A stretch of 64,000 nucleotides of DNA from Octopus sinensis (GCF_006345805.1 NC_043004.1:89590001-89654000); one strand, 5' to 3'. Counted from the stretch's first letter, positions 11,340 through 24,398 are shown. Numbers and translations are program-made. Notes: generated by a model from the letters alone, not told the origin.

Positions 11340-13550
11340 ATGACAGAATTATGTGAGGCCCAGGTTTATGGTAAAACACAGTCTAAAAGGATTGATTTTC
11401 CTAATGAGATACTAGAAGAAAAAGGAAAATCATCATACAGCTGTGATATCTCTAAAAAATCATTCTCTCAGAAATGTTATCTAACAAGTCGCAAACGTAT
11501 CCATACAAGAGAGAAACATCACTGTGATATCTGTGGTAAATCATTTGCTGGAAGTAGTGATTTAACTAAGCACATACGTATTCATACTGGAGAGAAACCA
11601 TATCAATGTGATATCTGTGCTAAATCATTCTCTCGTAATAGTGATTTAACTACTCACAAACGCATTCACACAGGAGAAAAGCCCTATCACTGTAATGTTT
11701 GTGGTAAATCATTCTCTCAAGGAAATACCCTAACTAGACATAAACACATTCATACGGGAGAGAAGCCATATCACTGTGATATTTGTGGTAAATCATTCTC
11801 TCAAAAGGATCACTTAATTACTCACAAGCGAATTCATACAGGAGAGGAGCCATATCATTGTGATATCTGTGGTAAATCATTTTCTGGAGGAAGCAGCTTG
11901 ATTGCTCACAAACGCATTCATACTGGTCAGAAGGCATATCACTGTGATATCTGTGGTAAGTCATTCTCAGAAGGAAGTAATTTAACTAAACACAAATATA
12001 TTCATACAGGAGTGAAAGAATATCACTGTGATATCTGTGGTAAATCATTCTTTCAAAAAGGTCACTTGATTAGGCATAGATATATTCATACAGGAGAGAG
12101 GCCATATCACTGTGATATCTGTGGTAAATCATTTTCTGTAAATGATCACTTAATTACCCACAAACGTACTCATACAGGAGAGAAACCATATCACTGTGAT
12201 ATCTGCAATAAATCATTCTCTGGAGGAAGCAGTTTAACTAGACACAAACGAATTCATACAGGAGAGAAGCAATATCACTGTGATATTTGTAGTAAATCAT
12301 TCTCTCATGGAAATGCCTTAAATACTCACAAATGTACTCATACAGGAGAGAAGCCATATCACTGTGATGCGTGTGATAAATCATTCTCTTTAAGAAGTCA
12401 CTTCACTATTCACAAACAAATGCATACAGGAGAAAATACATATCAGTGTGATATATGTAGTAAATCATTCTCCAGAGGAAGCAGCTTAACTAGACACAAA
12501 CATACTCATACAGGTGAGAGGCCATATCACTGTGATATCTGTGGTAAATCATTCTCTGAAGGAAGTAATTTAACTAAACACAAATATATTCATACAGGTG
12601 AGAAACCATTTCAATGTGATATCTGTGGCATATCGTTCTTTCAAAGAATTCACTTAGTTATTCACAAACACACTCATACAGGAGAGAAACCATATGGCTG
12701 TGATATCTGTAGTAAATCATTCTCTCAGAAAAGTCACTTAAATACTCACAAATGTACTCATACAGGAGAGAAGCCATATCACTGTGATGCGTGTGATAAA
12801 TCATTCTCTTTAAGAAGTCACTTCACTATTCACAAACAAATGCATACAGGAGAAAATACATATCAGTGTGATATATGTAGTAAATCATTCTCCAGAGGAA
12901 GCAGCTTAACTAGACACAAACATACTCATACAGGTGAGAGGCCATATCACTGTGATATCTGTGGTAAATCATTCTCTGAAGGAAGTAATTTAACTAAACA
13001 CAAATATATTCATACAGGTGAGAAACCATTTCAATGTGATATCTGTGGCATATCGTTCTTTCAAAGAATTCACTTAGTTATTCACAAACACACTCATACA
13101 GGAGAGAAACCATATGGCTGTGATATCTGTAGTAAATCATTCTCTCAGAAAAGTCACTTAATTATTCACAAACGTACTCATACAGGAGAGAAACCATATC
13201 ATTGTGATATCTGTGGTAAATCATTCTCGCAAAATAGTGATGTAACTAAACACAAACGTACCCATACAGGAGAAAAGCCATATCAATGTGATATCTGTAC
13301 TAAATCATTCTCTGGAAAGGGAGATTTAACTAAACACAGACGTATTCATACTGGGGAGAAACCATATCACTGTGATATCTGTGGTAAATCATTCTCTGTT
13401 AGTGATGTCTTAAATAAACATGTTCGGATTCATACAGGTGAAAAACCATATCACTGTGATGTCTGTGGTAAATCATTCAATGTTAATAGTAACTTAAATA
13501 AACACAAACACATTCATATGGAAGAGAAGTTATATTCCTGTGATATGTAG
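11340..13550 (+). CDS. C2H2 zinc-finger array protein ZNF-B, 736 aa, 24 intact fingers plus 1 degenerate N-terminal finger
   Basis: Open ORF of canonical C2H2 repeats with TGEKPY-type linkers. In-frame TAA at 11328-11330 upstream of the ATG. No effector domain visible. Confidence 0.93.
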   Translation: MTELCEAQVYGKTQSKRIDFPNEILEEKGKSSYSCDISKKSFSQKCYLTSRKRIHTREKHHCDICGKSFAGSSDLTKHIRIHTGEKPYQCDICAKSFSRNSDLTTHKRIHTGEKPYHCNVCGKSFSQGNTLTRHKHIHTGEKPYHCDICGKSFSQKDHLITHKRIHTGEEPYHCDICGKSFSGGSSLIAHKRIHTGQKAYHCDICGKSFSEGSNLTKHKYIHTGVKEYHCDICGKSFFQKGHLIRHRYIHTGERPYHCDICGKSFSVNDHLITHKRTHTGEKPYHCDICNKSFSGGSSLTRHKRIHTGEKQYHCDICSKSFSHGNALNTHKCTHTGEKPYHCDACDKSFSLRSHFTIHKQMHTGENTYQCDICSKSFSRGSSLTRHKHTHTGERPYHCDICGKSFSEGSNLTKHKYIHTGEKPFQCDICGISFFQRIHLVIHKHTHTGEKPYGCDICSKSFSQKSHLNTHKCTHTGEKPYHCDACDKSFSLRSHFTIHKQMHTGENTYQCDICSKSFSRGSSLTRHKHTHTGERPYHCDICGKSFSEGSNLTKHKYIHTGEKPFQCDICGISFFQRIHLVIHKHTHTGEKPYGCDICSKSFSQKSHLIIHKRTHTGEKPYHCDICGKSFSQNSDVTKHKRTHTGEKPYQCDICTKSFSGKGDLTKHRRIHTGEKPYHCDICGKSFSVSDVLNKHVRIHTGEKPYHCDVCGKSFNVNSNLNKHKHIHMEEKLYSCDM
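12317..13161 (+). repeat. 420-bp (5-finger) perfect tandem duplication inside ZNF-B
   Basis: 12317-12741 and 12737-13161 are identical base for base (offset 420 = 5 x 84). Confidence 0.97.
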
Positions 13551-14960
13551 TAATATATTCTCTTAAAGACATCACTTAATGACTCCTGTATATTCATACA
13601 GTCCAATAAACATATTAATACCATAAATTCTATGAAGAATTATATAACCTTAAATGTATTGACACTAGAAAGAAGTAACAGTATAATAACAACCTCCCAA
13701 ACTATATAACCACAACTATGATGACATAACTTACTACTGTGATAATCTAATAAAGTCATTATTTCAGAATACTCATCATTGTCAGCATCTTACATCTGCT
13801 TTCCAACCTGGCATGGGTTGGAAGGATCATCATGGTCAAGTCAGTTCTTATTGAGAGTCACTGCTATCATAGACTGACACTTGTACATGTCATTTTGATT
13901 TAGTTTCTATGGACAGATGTCCTTCCCACTACCAATAATTTCACAGTATCCTGGGTGCATTTTCTCATAGAATTAACATTTGGGAGGTTGTAAGGAAACC
14001 TATGCTTTTCCACCTGTTTGCCACTCATCTGTTTGTTCGAGAAATCATAGACGATAAAGTGTCACAAATGCAGGTTTTTAAAATACAATCAACATAAACA
14101 AAATAAAAACATCAGGTATCACATATTTTGTAACAGTGATTAGAAAATATATATAGAGAAAAACAATTTGTTTTAAATTTCTGAGCGAGAGATATACAGT
14201 AACAGTACTGAATAGTAAAGTTTATATGCCAACAGAATGTGTGGCAGTCCTATAAAGGACGATATTACTGTTATTTTAGCCCCAGGAAAACATCTTTTCC
14301 AGCTGGTTATCGACACACAGGTGGTATAGAATCAACTTTATGTCATTGCTGACAAAAAAAAAAAATGATATGAAATGTTCAATACTGAAATTACCAGTCT
14401 GTGAGAGAAAATATTTTTAAAATGGGTTTTGTAAAGCTACCAAAGTTGGAGGTACAGTTTATTTTCAAGGATCCACCAACCATAAATAAGATCTTCCAAT
14501 TCATGAGAACTATAAAACGATTCAACAACAGACACATTTAACTGTTCTTTTTCTTAGTTTTTTTCTTTCTTTTAATTCTTTTAAATAAGGTTTATCATAA
14601 TATGGCCACTGTGCTAAGAAGCAGACAAGTAATGACAGGTTGAGAGACTTACCTGAAAACCTGGTATTTCCCTCTGACAAAACTTAATAAGTACACAACA
14701 CATTCCTTGGATAATGAAACAGTACTTTTAATGATTCTACAAAAAGAAAATAATTGTGTGTCTCCTTGTCGTAAATCTCTGTGTTACCATGTATAGCAAC
14801 CACACCATTCTACTTCATAAAGATAATTGTAAGTACATCCTGAATTCTAGAAAAACTACACACACAGTTTTATATATCAGCATGCACCACACACGAATAT
14901 ATACACAAAGCGAATTTAAATCATACTTTCTTCTTTGCTGAGGCATTGCAGTGAGTATCG

Positions 14961-15412
14961 TGTGCACATTATAAACACACCAACCATTGACTCCTTACAT
15001 CTTTTGATTGTACATATAATTGTTTTTTTTTTCATTCACACATACAATGAGGAAAGCAGGAGCAGTTAACAACAAAAAAAAGATCTTATTTATTTATCTC
15101 CTTAACAAGTGCGCACATTATAAACACACCAACCATTGACTCCTTACATCTCTTGATTGTACATATAATTATTATTTTTTTTTATTCACACATACTATGA
15201 GGAAAGTGGGAACAGTTAACAAAAAATAAGATCTTATATATCTCCCTAACATGTGCGCACATTATAGACACACCAACAATTGACTCCTTACATCTCTTGA
15301 TTGCACATATAATTGTATCTTGTTGTATACACGCATACAATGAGGAAAGCGGAAACAGTTAACAACAATGACAAAAAATAAAACATCTTATTTATCTCCC
15401 TAATAGGTGTGC
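14961..15412. repeat. Minisatellite, ~145-bp unit x3
   Basis: TG(T/C)GCACATTATA(A/G)ACACACCAAC...ATCTCC units start at 14961, 15110 and 15254. Confidence 0.9.
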
Positions 15413-15429
15413 TATATCTTCACGTCATT

Positions 15430-18046
15430 TTTTTTTCTTTGTTTACCTTTGTACTATGGTACGGATGGGCAGACAGAACAAAACTGCCACGGTATCATCC
15501 GTGGATGAGCTGTGCGACAAAACTGGTCGCTGTCCTAAAATGGAGCGTTGCCCGGCAAATCACATCTGTCATCTATGCACAAAACTCGAAAATTCCTTCC
15601 GAAATAGATGGGTTGAATGCAGGTATCAAAACAAGCGTCTATGCAAAATCTCACAATGAGGGGCCGTATCGGAGTGCCTTGCTCAGCAATTTACCCATAG
15701 CTCTTATGTAACCTCGACGCATCGAGGAAGTCCCTGAATCAACCACTCATGAGGTAATTGTCATCGGAGTATCGGTGTAACAAAAACCACAACCATCTTC
15801 AAACTGCCCGCTTTGACTGGAATAAAGCAGACTGGGACTCTTATTGTACCTAGCTGTGACGCCCAAACTGGCTCGAATTTTATGCCTCTGAAGATGTGAA
15901 CACTATACTTCAGAACATTCTGAATTCAATATGGGCAGCATGTGCAGCATCAGTACCACGCAAGCACAAAAAAAAACACCCAATAGTGCAATTTGGGAGA
16001 CTGCGACAGTCCGACTTGCCAGAAAAGAACGCCATAATGCTGAACAGGAATACAAATTGCACAAATCAGAGATCAACAGGAAAAAGCGCAATAGATCAGC
16101 CAACCATCTCAAGCAGGTGATAAAAAAGGCAGTGCTTGAATTCAAACAGTGCATAGCAACCAACCCTGATAGCAAAGTGTTCTGGAAGTATGTACATTCA
16201 AAGCAGAGACCTCGCTCTCCAGTTGGTCCCCTTTGCAATCCCCACACAGGACAGATTACTGGCAATCCCAAAGAATGTGCAGAAATCATTGCTGGATACT
16301 ATGCAGGCATCTTTACTGTCGAAGATCAAAATGTTCCATCTCCATCACCTCTGATACCGACTCTATAACTACTATGAAATTTACACCAGCAATGCTACAA
16401 CGCCACCTTAAGAATAAATGTAACTATGCCTTTCCTGGTCTCGATGGTGTTACATACCTACTTCTCAAATGTGGTGGGTACTTCTAAGCCAACTTTCTCT
16501 ATTCTTCCAATTCTGTCTTGACAATGGTGTTACTCCAGAGCAGTGGAAAACTGTCAGTGTTATCCCTCTGTTCAAAAAAGGTGACCGCACATCACCTGTC
16601 AACTATCGCCCTGTTAGTCTTACTAGCTGCATCGCCAAACTGATGGAATCCTGTGTCAGGGAAACCCTCTGGAACTTCTGGAAGTCTCACAGCCTCATCC
16701 AGCCGTCACAATTTGGATTTATTCCTAACTCCAGCTGCTGTAATCAACTCATCGAGTTTCTTGAGGACCGTTACCCAAATCACTGATCGCGGATCCTGGG
16801 TGGATGTTGTTTACCTGGACTTTCCTAAGGCTTTTAACTCTGTGCCACACAAAAGACTTATGGTGAAACTCTCTGCGTTGGGCATAAGAGATGAACTCCA
16901 TAACTGGTTGAAGTCCTTTATTTTCGGCCGAAAAGAGGTTGTCACAGTTCTAGGACTGCACTCTTTGCCCTATGAGATGACATCTGGTGTACCACAGGGA
17001 TCTGTTCTTGGCACCCTTTTATTTGTTGCATATGTTAATGACATAGATGCCAACTTAAAGAATGCCACAGTGCTGAAATATGCAGATGACATCAAGCTGT
17101 ACCTTGAAATAAAGAGGTCAGATCCTGTACACTATAGATCTCTATTGCAAGCAGACCTGGACACAATGCAGCAGTGGATCATGGACTGGCAACTCAAGCT
17201 GGCTGTGGACAAATGTACCACCATGCATTTTGGGAGGAGAAACCCAGCGTCCACTTACTCCCTCCACAACACTAATCTCAAAAAGTCTTCATGTGAACAT
17301 GCCCTGGGTTTTATTGTCGACAGCGATTTGTATTGGACAAAGCACATCGCTAAAATTGCCAAGAAGGCTGAGGGTGTCTTGGCATCACTCACCAAGTCCT
17401 TTGTGAGCCGCTCTCCGGCTATCTATCTGCGGCTTTATATAGCTATGGTAAGACCTCACCTGGAATTTGCATCACCGGTCTGGAACCCCTATCTTGCCCA
17501 GGATATTAATCGTCTGGAAGCCGTTCAGTGACGTGCAACCAAAAGAATACCCTCCATCAGGCATTTGCCATATTCTGAACGCCTTACTTCCCTGGGCATG
17601 GACACATTGAAACTCTGACGTCTGGCAGCTGACTTGGCAGACACCCATAAAATTATTAACCATCTTACAAACAATAACTCTGAGCACCTTTTCAAACTCC
17701 ACCCGTCTAACACCCATGGACATATGTACAAAGTCAGAAAACAGCACAGCTCCCATGACTTTAGGAAACATTTTTTCATGCTGAGAGTTGCTGAAGCATG
17801 GAACAAACTGCCGGCATCAGTTGTTAGTTGTCGGAGCACTGCATCCTTCAAAACTTCCATGCTTTCTGAGATTCGCCAACACTACACCTGATTTTCTCCC
17901 CTCCATACACACGCAAGCATGTATCTGACTCATACATTGTTCGCTTTCCAGACATTTGTACATTACTGCATATACTTTATACGCACTTTCTGACAAGTTG
18001 TGGTGCACCTGAGCACTGTATACAATAATTTCATTATTATTATTAC
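15430..18046 (+). mobile_element. Decayed CR1/L2-type LINE (5'-truncated or deleted), RT domain, (TAT)n tail
   Basis: Broken ORFs with LFKKGDRTSPVNYRPVSLTS, YLDFPKAFNSVPH, SGVPQGSVLGTLLF, KYADD and RPHLEFASPVWNP. Stops and frameshifts near 16360, 16487, 16780 and 17529. Tail at 18033-18046. Confidence 0.92.
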
Positions 18047-18052
18047 TACACA

Positions 18053-18277
18053 ACCAGTCCTGCGCCTGTATATGTATATATTTGTGTGTTTGTCCCTCCA
18101 CCATCGCTTGACAACCGATGTTGGTGTGTTTACGTCCCCATAACTTAGCAATCCAACAAAAGAGACCGCTAGAATAAGTACAAGGCTTACAAAATATAAG
18201 TCCAGGGATTGATTTCTTCGACTAAAAGACAGTGTTCCAGCATGGCCACAGTGAAAATAACTGAGACAAGTAAAAGT
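18053..18277 (+). mobile_element. SINE family A, partial and diverged
   Basis: GACAACCGATGTTGGTGTGTTTACGTCCCC...CAGCATGGCCACAGT, the 3' half of the family. Confidence 0.8.
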
Positions 18278-19200
18278 GTAATGTTTCTGTGTACTTTCTC
18301 TGTTCATTCAGATAAGCTGTAGAAATTGTTGCACTTGCGCAAACACAAACACAAGAATTCTCCAGACATTTAGCTGTTATTTTTAGCATACCGAGTTTCG
18401 TGGTGAGAGCTTCACATGCCGTGATCCTTTTGCTGTTGTACTATAAATCTATGCATGTGCAAACGGACAAAACAGTGGGACGAGATTGCAAGGTGGGTGT
18501 GGATCAATTTTGGAGTTTTTCATAGAAAATTTCAAATTAAATTTTTTCCCCATGTTCATAATTGGCAAGACTTCCGCCCCACACACCACCACCCTTTAAA
18601 AAAAATGATTTTACAACACAAACCCCACCTTTCGCCTACGGAGAATATGAATCTGCAAAAAACAAATTGGCAAAAGTCGACATTTCTAAATTACCACACC
18701 TTCACCTCATTTCCTTTACTTTTAACTTTTTTTCACAATTTAAAAAAAAAAAATTATGCAGAAAAATACAGAGATTATGATTCTGAAAAAATTTCCAAAA
18801 ATCTTTGTAAATTTTTTTTTTAAGAATTTTATTCTTTTTGTAAATATGCAGAAAAATACAGACATCATTATTCGGACAAAAATTTCAAGACATTTCTGAA
18901 CTTACAGTTATGGTTAGGGTTACAGTTAAGGTTAGGGTTTTAGGGTTAGGGATAGGGCAAGGGTTTTAGGGTTAGTGTTGGGGAAAAAAGTCAAAATTGA
19001 AGAAGTTTGGGGAAAATTTTCCGGAAGCTCCGTATCCGAAAATGGGGATTTTTGGCAAAAAAAAAAAAAATTACAAAAATAAACAAATTTGGGAGAAAAT
19101 AGTGGGAGGAAGGAAGTCTTTCCTCGTAATCCAAATCACCCTTAAATCACACACCTTTCCGTCTGAAAATATTTTCAATTTTTTTTTTTTAACTAGAAAG

Positions 19201-19981
19201 GGATCTTTTCCTTTTGAACGGCAGTTTTCAACACGATTTCTAGTTAACTAAACACTTAAACTTCGTATATTGGTAGAATGTGTCAAAATAAAACATTTTT
19301 TTCTCTTGGCTTTCTTGAGAAAATTGTAATTTGCAAGTTTAACGTAGTTTAATTTTTCGAATTTTAACCAATCCTATGGCCTCTATTGAGCTAAAATCAT
19401 TTGCTGCGTCTAAAACAGACAACATCCTGTCACTCACCCTAACCTTAACCCTAACCCTAAATTTTAGCCTTTCGGGTTTTTTTTTCTTAATTGTTAAATT
19501 AATTTAAGGATAACAATTAAGAAAAAAAAACGAAAGGCTAAAACGAAAGCAATGGAAAATAATTTTAATTTAACAATTAAGAAAAAAAAAAACGAAAGCA
19601 AAAACTCAAAACAAAAACAAAACGAATAATTTTGGACACACGCATAACAATTAAATTAATTTAACAATTAAGAAAAAAAAACGAATGGCTAAAATTTAGG
19701 GTTAAGGTTAGGGTGAGGGTTAGGGGTAGGGTTAGAGTTAGGGTTAGTGACTTGATGTCTCCGTTTTAGACGCAGCAAATGATTTTAGCTCAATAGAGGC
19801 CATAGTATTGGTTAAAATTCGAAAAATTAAACTACGTTAAACTTACAAATTACAATTTTCTCAAGAAAGCCAAGAGAAAAAGAATGTTTTATTTTGACAC
19901 ATTCTACCAGTATACGAAGTTTAAAAGTGTTTAGTTAACTAGAAATTGTGTTGAAAACTGCCGTTCAAAAGGAAAAGATCT
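19201..19981. mobile_element. Palindromic MITE with ~300-bp TIRs carrying telomere-like repeats; 8-bp TSD CTAGAAAG
   Basis: Arms ~19201-19504 and ~19654-19981 are reverse complements. Termini GGATCTTTTCC...GGAAAAGATCT. CTAGAAAG at 19193-19200 and 19982-19989. CCCTAA-type run at 19436-19460 and TTAGGG-type run at 19696-19747. Confidence 0.9.
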
Positions 19982-20945
19982 CTAGAAAGATTTTTTCCGT
20001 AGTTTTTAAGTGCGTAGTGCAAAAATAAAATTGGCCAAAATCGGTCCAGAGAGGGTTGGTGAGAGGGTGTGTGATGACTCCATGGTAAAAAAAAAAAAAA
20101 TTGGAAAATTTTCAATCAAAACGGAGAAAATCTAACTTATGAGGACTTCCTGGTCTAAAAATCCGCCCAATAATTAAACGTGGCATTTTCACCATTCCAG
20201 ATATTATCCAGGAACCTAGGAAATAATTTTTGCATTAGCTCTGTAACACACACACACTCCTCTCTTAATAAATCTCAAAAAAAAAAAGAAAAAGCGAGAG
20301 TTACATCCCCTGATTGTATATCTTCAATAATCTGACTTCCGTTTTTATTCTGGAAATATTTAATTTCGTCATATTTTTTTATTATTGAACAATAAAAACT
20401 ACAGTAAGTATTTATCACTTTTACACAGAATATACTTCTTTATCTTTCTGTCTCCCATATTATCTTTACATCTACCTACAATATCTGTAAAGAAACTACA
20501 ACATTTCTTAAACATTAATTAAAGTAACAGAGGGACCAACAACTTTCTATCATTTCAGCTGTCGTTATTAACTGAAGTAAATTTATACGAATTATTTTTG
20601 CTATTAATGCTGTTTCTCTTTGTTCATCATTATAATGTTTCTTTTTATTGTAGAATCTATGAAAATAATGTTTGATCTTTAATTTAGTGATACGGCTATG
20701 AATAATGTTTCTAGAGAGGTTTAAGATTGTTATCATCCACTATGATGTGCTGTAACAGCGGGCACTACCACGGAATTATCTGTCAGGAGCTAATACCATG
20801 ACAGTGCCGTAACAGCTAATCCTACATAATATGATGGTGTAGCTGCAGCCTAAATCTATAGACTTCAGAGAAGGTAGTATGTTATAAGCTTAATAACAAT
20901 GTGGTGAATACCCCATTTTTTTTTTATTCATGTTAGAAAGTCAAA

Positions 20946-21260
20946 CATCATCATCATCATCATTTAACGTCCGGTTTCCATGCTAGCATGGGTTGGACGG
21001 TTCAGCTGGGGTCTGGGAAGCCAGAAGGCTGCACCAGGCCCAGTCAGATCTGGCAGTGTTTCTACAGCTGGATGCCCTTCCTAACGCCAACCACTCCGTG
21101 AGTGTAGTGGGTGCTTTTTACGTGCCACCAGCACAGTGGCCAGAGGAGGCTGGCATCGGCCACGATCAGTTGGTGCTTTTTTACGTGCCACCGGCACGGA
21201 GGCCAGGCGAGGCTTGCAACAGCGCATATGCTTGGCCCTGTATCATGTCTTAGCCTTGCC
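20946..21260 (-). mobile_element. RTE-tailed short element (family B)
   Basis: (CAT)n GTTTAACGTCC..TTTCCATGCTAGCATGGGTTGGACGG...GGATGCCCTTCCTAACGCCAACC motif set. Confidence 0.9.
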
Positions 21261-22079
21261 GGTATCAACAGATGTGACAATATCATCATCTTTCAGAACA
21301 ATAAGTGATTTAGATGGAATGCTGTTTTAAAAAGCGTTGCTATTAAATGTTGATACAGACATAGCAGACTAGCCATTATATACCTGTTCAGCCAGGTAAT
21401 ATAAGAGAGTTCAGCATTGTTATTCCAATCATCATCATTCCCGGATACACGACCATATATGCAACCAATACAGCTGTTAATGAGCCCACCAGACTATTCT
21501 TTTTTTTTTTATACCAAACCCACAGTTCTCATCTGACGATAAAAAAAACAACAGAATTCCTGGATCTTTTCTGTCACAGTTTTTGAAATTTTAAAATTAA
21601 GTGAAAATTTGATGTATTAATGTAATTTTTCATGCTGAATCTGATGTTGTTATTCATTTGTTCCTGAAAAAAAATTTAGAAAAATTTTATCGATTCCAAA
21701 AGGATGAAAAACAAAGTCGACCTTGGTGGAATTTGAACTCAGAACGTGAAAATGGATGAAATGCCACTAAGCATTTTGCCCAGTTTGCGACTTAATGAAA
21801 GTAATATATTACCTCAATGAATGTCGTATGAAGTTTTGCAGGTTTAATATGTTTAAAGGAATCGTCATACGAATTTTTGGAACAGGCAATATAAAAAGGA
21901 AAAATCCTCAATGAAATTTTATTTAGCGAAAAATTACAAAAAAACAAACTGCATTATATTACTGTTGTTCAGTTCATGTAAACAATACATTTTTTGTCAT
22001 TTTTAGAAAATAAATAAATACATTTTTTGTAGCAAAAAAAAAAAACGAAAACAAAAGTTTGAAATGCACTCTAGGAGTT

Positions 22080-22905
22080 TCTCAAACAAATTACTGTTTC
22101 TCATGCGTCACATAAACTCACAGATACGAGTTGACCATAGAAAGGTGGGTTCCATGCATCATTTATTTGCTCCTTTTACAATGGCCTATGTGCTTTCCAC
22201 TTGTTGCATGTGGGTACCATCTTTGGAGTAAATAAATTCAGCACTTGGTTCACTGTTCTATGCCGAAAATTATAACCATCAATTTCAGGAAAATGAGAGT
22301 AGGCCCTCCACAAGTCACTGAAAATTGTGATACCTTGAAGAATTGCCTGACGTATGCATTCCTCTAGTGTGTTGTGAATTCAACATGGCATTGCATAAAG
22401 AAAAAAATTGTCTGGCTTTGCAGCACACTCCCCAAGAAAATCATTGTTCAGGTAACACCTTTCCACATCTTCCCAGGACCACTTATTTGGACTGGGTTGC
22501 AGAGAAAGTCCTACGCCCATATTTCATGAACGTAGCTGTTGTAATCAACAGCTGTGCAGTGGCTCAGACAATACACATAGTTGTAAAAGGGGCCAGCTGG
22601 CAGAAACGTTAGCACGCCGGGTGAAATGCTTAGCGGTATTTCATCTATCTTTACGTTCTGTGTTCAAATTCCAGTGAGATTGACTTTGCCTTTCATCCTT
22701 TCAGGGGTCAATAAATTAAGTACTGGGGTCGATGTAATTGACTGGTGCCCCTCCCCGAAAATTTCGGGCCTTGTGCCTAGAGTGGAAAAGAATACAGATG
22801 GTTGTAATAGTTTAAGCAGACTATACCTTAGCTTGTTACTATTGAAACAGGCACTAATATGTCTGTGGCTCTCAGTTGGCTAAAATTACCCAAAACTTTA
22901 AAAAC
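22080..22905 (-). mobile_element. Second Merlin/ISXO2 transposase relic, interrupted by a family C SINE (22588-22795)
   Basis: Minus-strand translation LSHCTAVDYNSYVHEIWA*DFLCNPVQISGPGK and HRTVNQ../..SKDGTHMQQVEST*, matching the ISXO2-type H.TVNH...G.HT..VES.W motif. 22868-22905 shares TTGGCTAAAATTACCCAAA with the MITE arms. Confidence 0.75.
22588..22795 (+). mobile_element. tRNA-derived SINE, family C
   Basis: AGCTGGCAGAAACGTTAGCACGCCGGGTGAAATGCTTAGCGGTATTTC...GTTCAAATTCC (B-box-like). Other copies at 21700-21785(-), 39870-40068(-), 49620-49802(-) and 53070-53240(+). Confidence 0.85.
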
Positions 22906-24398
22906 TATTAACAAAAATGAGTTTCATTTCTGTAATCAGCATTCAGAACTACATCAGCACACCAAATTTGAAAACAACAGCAATAAAATTCATCATCATT
23001 TAGTATGGGTCAGAGAGTTTGTCTATTGTTTGCACACAGGCATCATACAATCTACCTTTCACTTTGACAGTGAGGCCCTTTGTTACCAACAAAGGTAGAA
23101 GCTCTCTGAACATTACTCAACTTATTCTAACAGTTATGCTTTCAGAGCATCTACCTCTACTGCTGACTTGGTCACCTAGGTAACGGAAGTTCTCTACTAC
23201 TCCTAAGTATTTCCCCAGGCATTTAATGAAGTTTATTTTCTGTCAACAACTTTATCCATGTCAACAAAACCTAAGTACAGAGGTTTATTTTTGGCTAAGT
23301 ACTTCTGCAGCTACCTTACCAGGAATATAACATCTGGCACAAAACCAGACTGCATCACATCTAGACTAGCTCTTTCTTATTAGTTGATCTATGACCCTCT
23401 CCAACTTTCATCACCTGGTCCACCAATGATACCACTGTAATTATTTCTGTCTAAGGCATCCCCTTTACCTTCATAACAGTTGACTGTACTGCTTCCACGC
23501 CAGTCATTGGGTATGACTCACTTGTGGACAACCTGATTAACTATACAGGTGACTTAGACTATATCCCATAAAAACTGTGACAGCAACAGAAAAGATTTAT
23601 CTCTTTATAGAATCTCTATAGGCATGTCATGTTAAGGTGATGGAATACAAAAATGAATAAACCAATTCTATTAGTTCCTATAAGCAGTATACTTTCATCC
23701 CCACATTGTACTGATACAACACACATTCACTGAGGCATTTCTATATATATATATAACCCATTGATGAACTTGTGGAACAGTGTATCTATTTTCATCGCTA
23801 TGACTCACTCCTTTGAGTTAATTTATAGCCTTCTTTTCTGTGTATTTTGTTTCTATGTGATATTTTCTTGTTGATATCATACGTGTAGTAGTCAATATTG
23901 ACAGCTAGTGATTTATTTATCATGTTGAGATGTAAGGAAAACCATTTGTAAATGTTATCCTTCAGTTCTATACTTATCGTTAGATTCAGCTATATTTCTC
24001 TGTAATAAGACTGGAAAAGTAAAGTTCAGTTGTTAAGGTAAATGTTTATATGTACAATTTATCAATATAAAAATGTAGTCAAATGCTCACTGTTGAATCT
24101 CTACTTTTTAAATATCTTCTAATCTTATGATGTTTCTTGTTTATTTCAGAATATGAGATGGCATTCGATTAAAAGTATGATTTAACTTCAACACAATCAG
24201 ATTTACTACAAAAATTGCAACAACTTGAGATATTGACACTGATAAAAGTTGATGGAAATATATCTAGAAATATTTATTTGGAATAAATATAAAAGCAAAA
24301 AATAGAAATATCTATATATTGAAGTGAGAAAAGAAAAATTATGGGAAAATGAATACTGTGAAAAATTTCAAGGGTCGACATATTTCTTTCCCAAAAAG

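Noticed and set aside
18909-19747. TTAGGG runs as a true telomere or chromosome-fusion site
   Set aside because: The runs are short and degenerate. The head-to-head pair lies inside TIRs bounded by an 8-bp TSD, so it is explained by the MITE.
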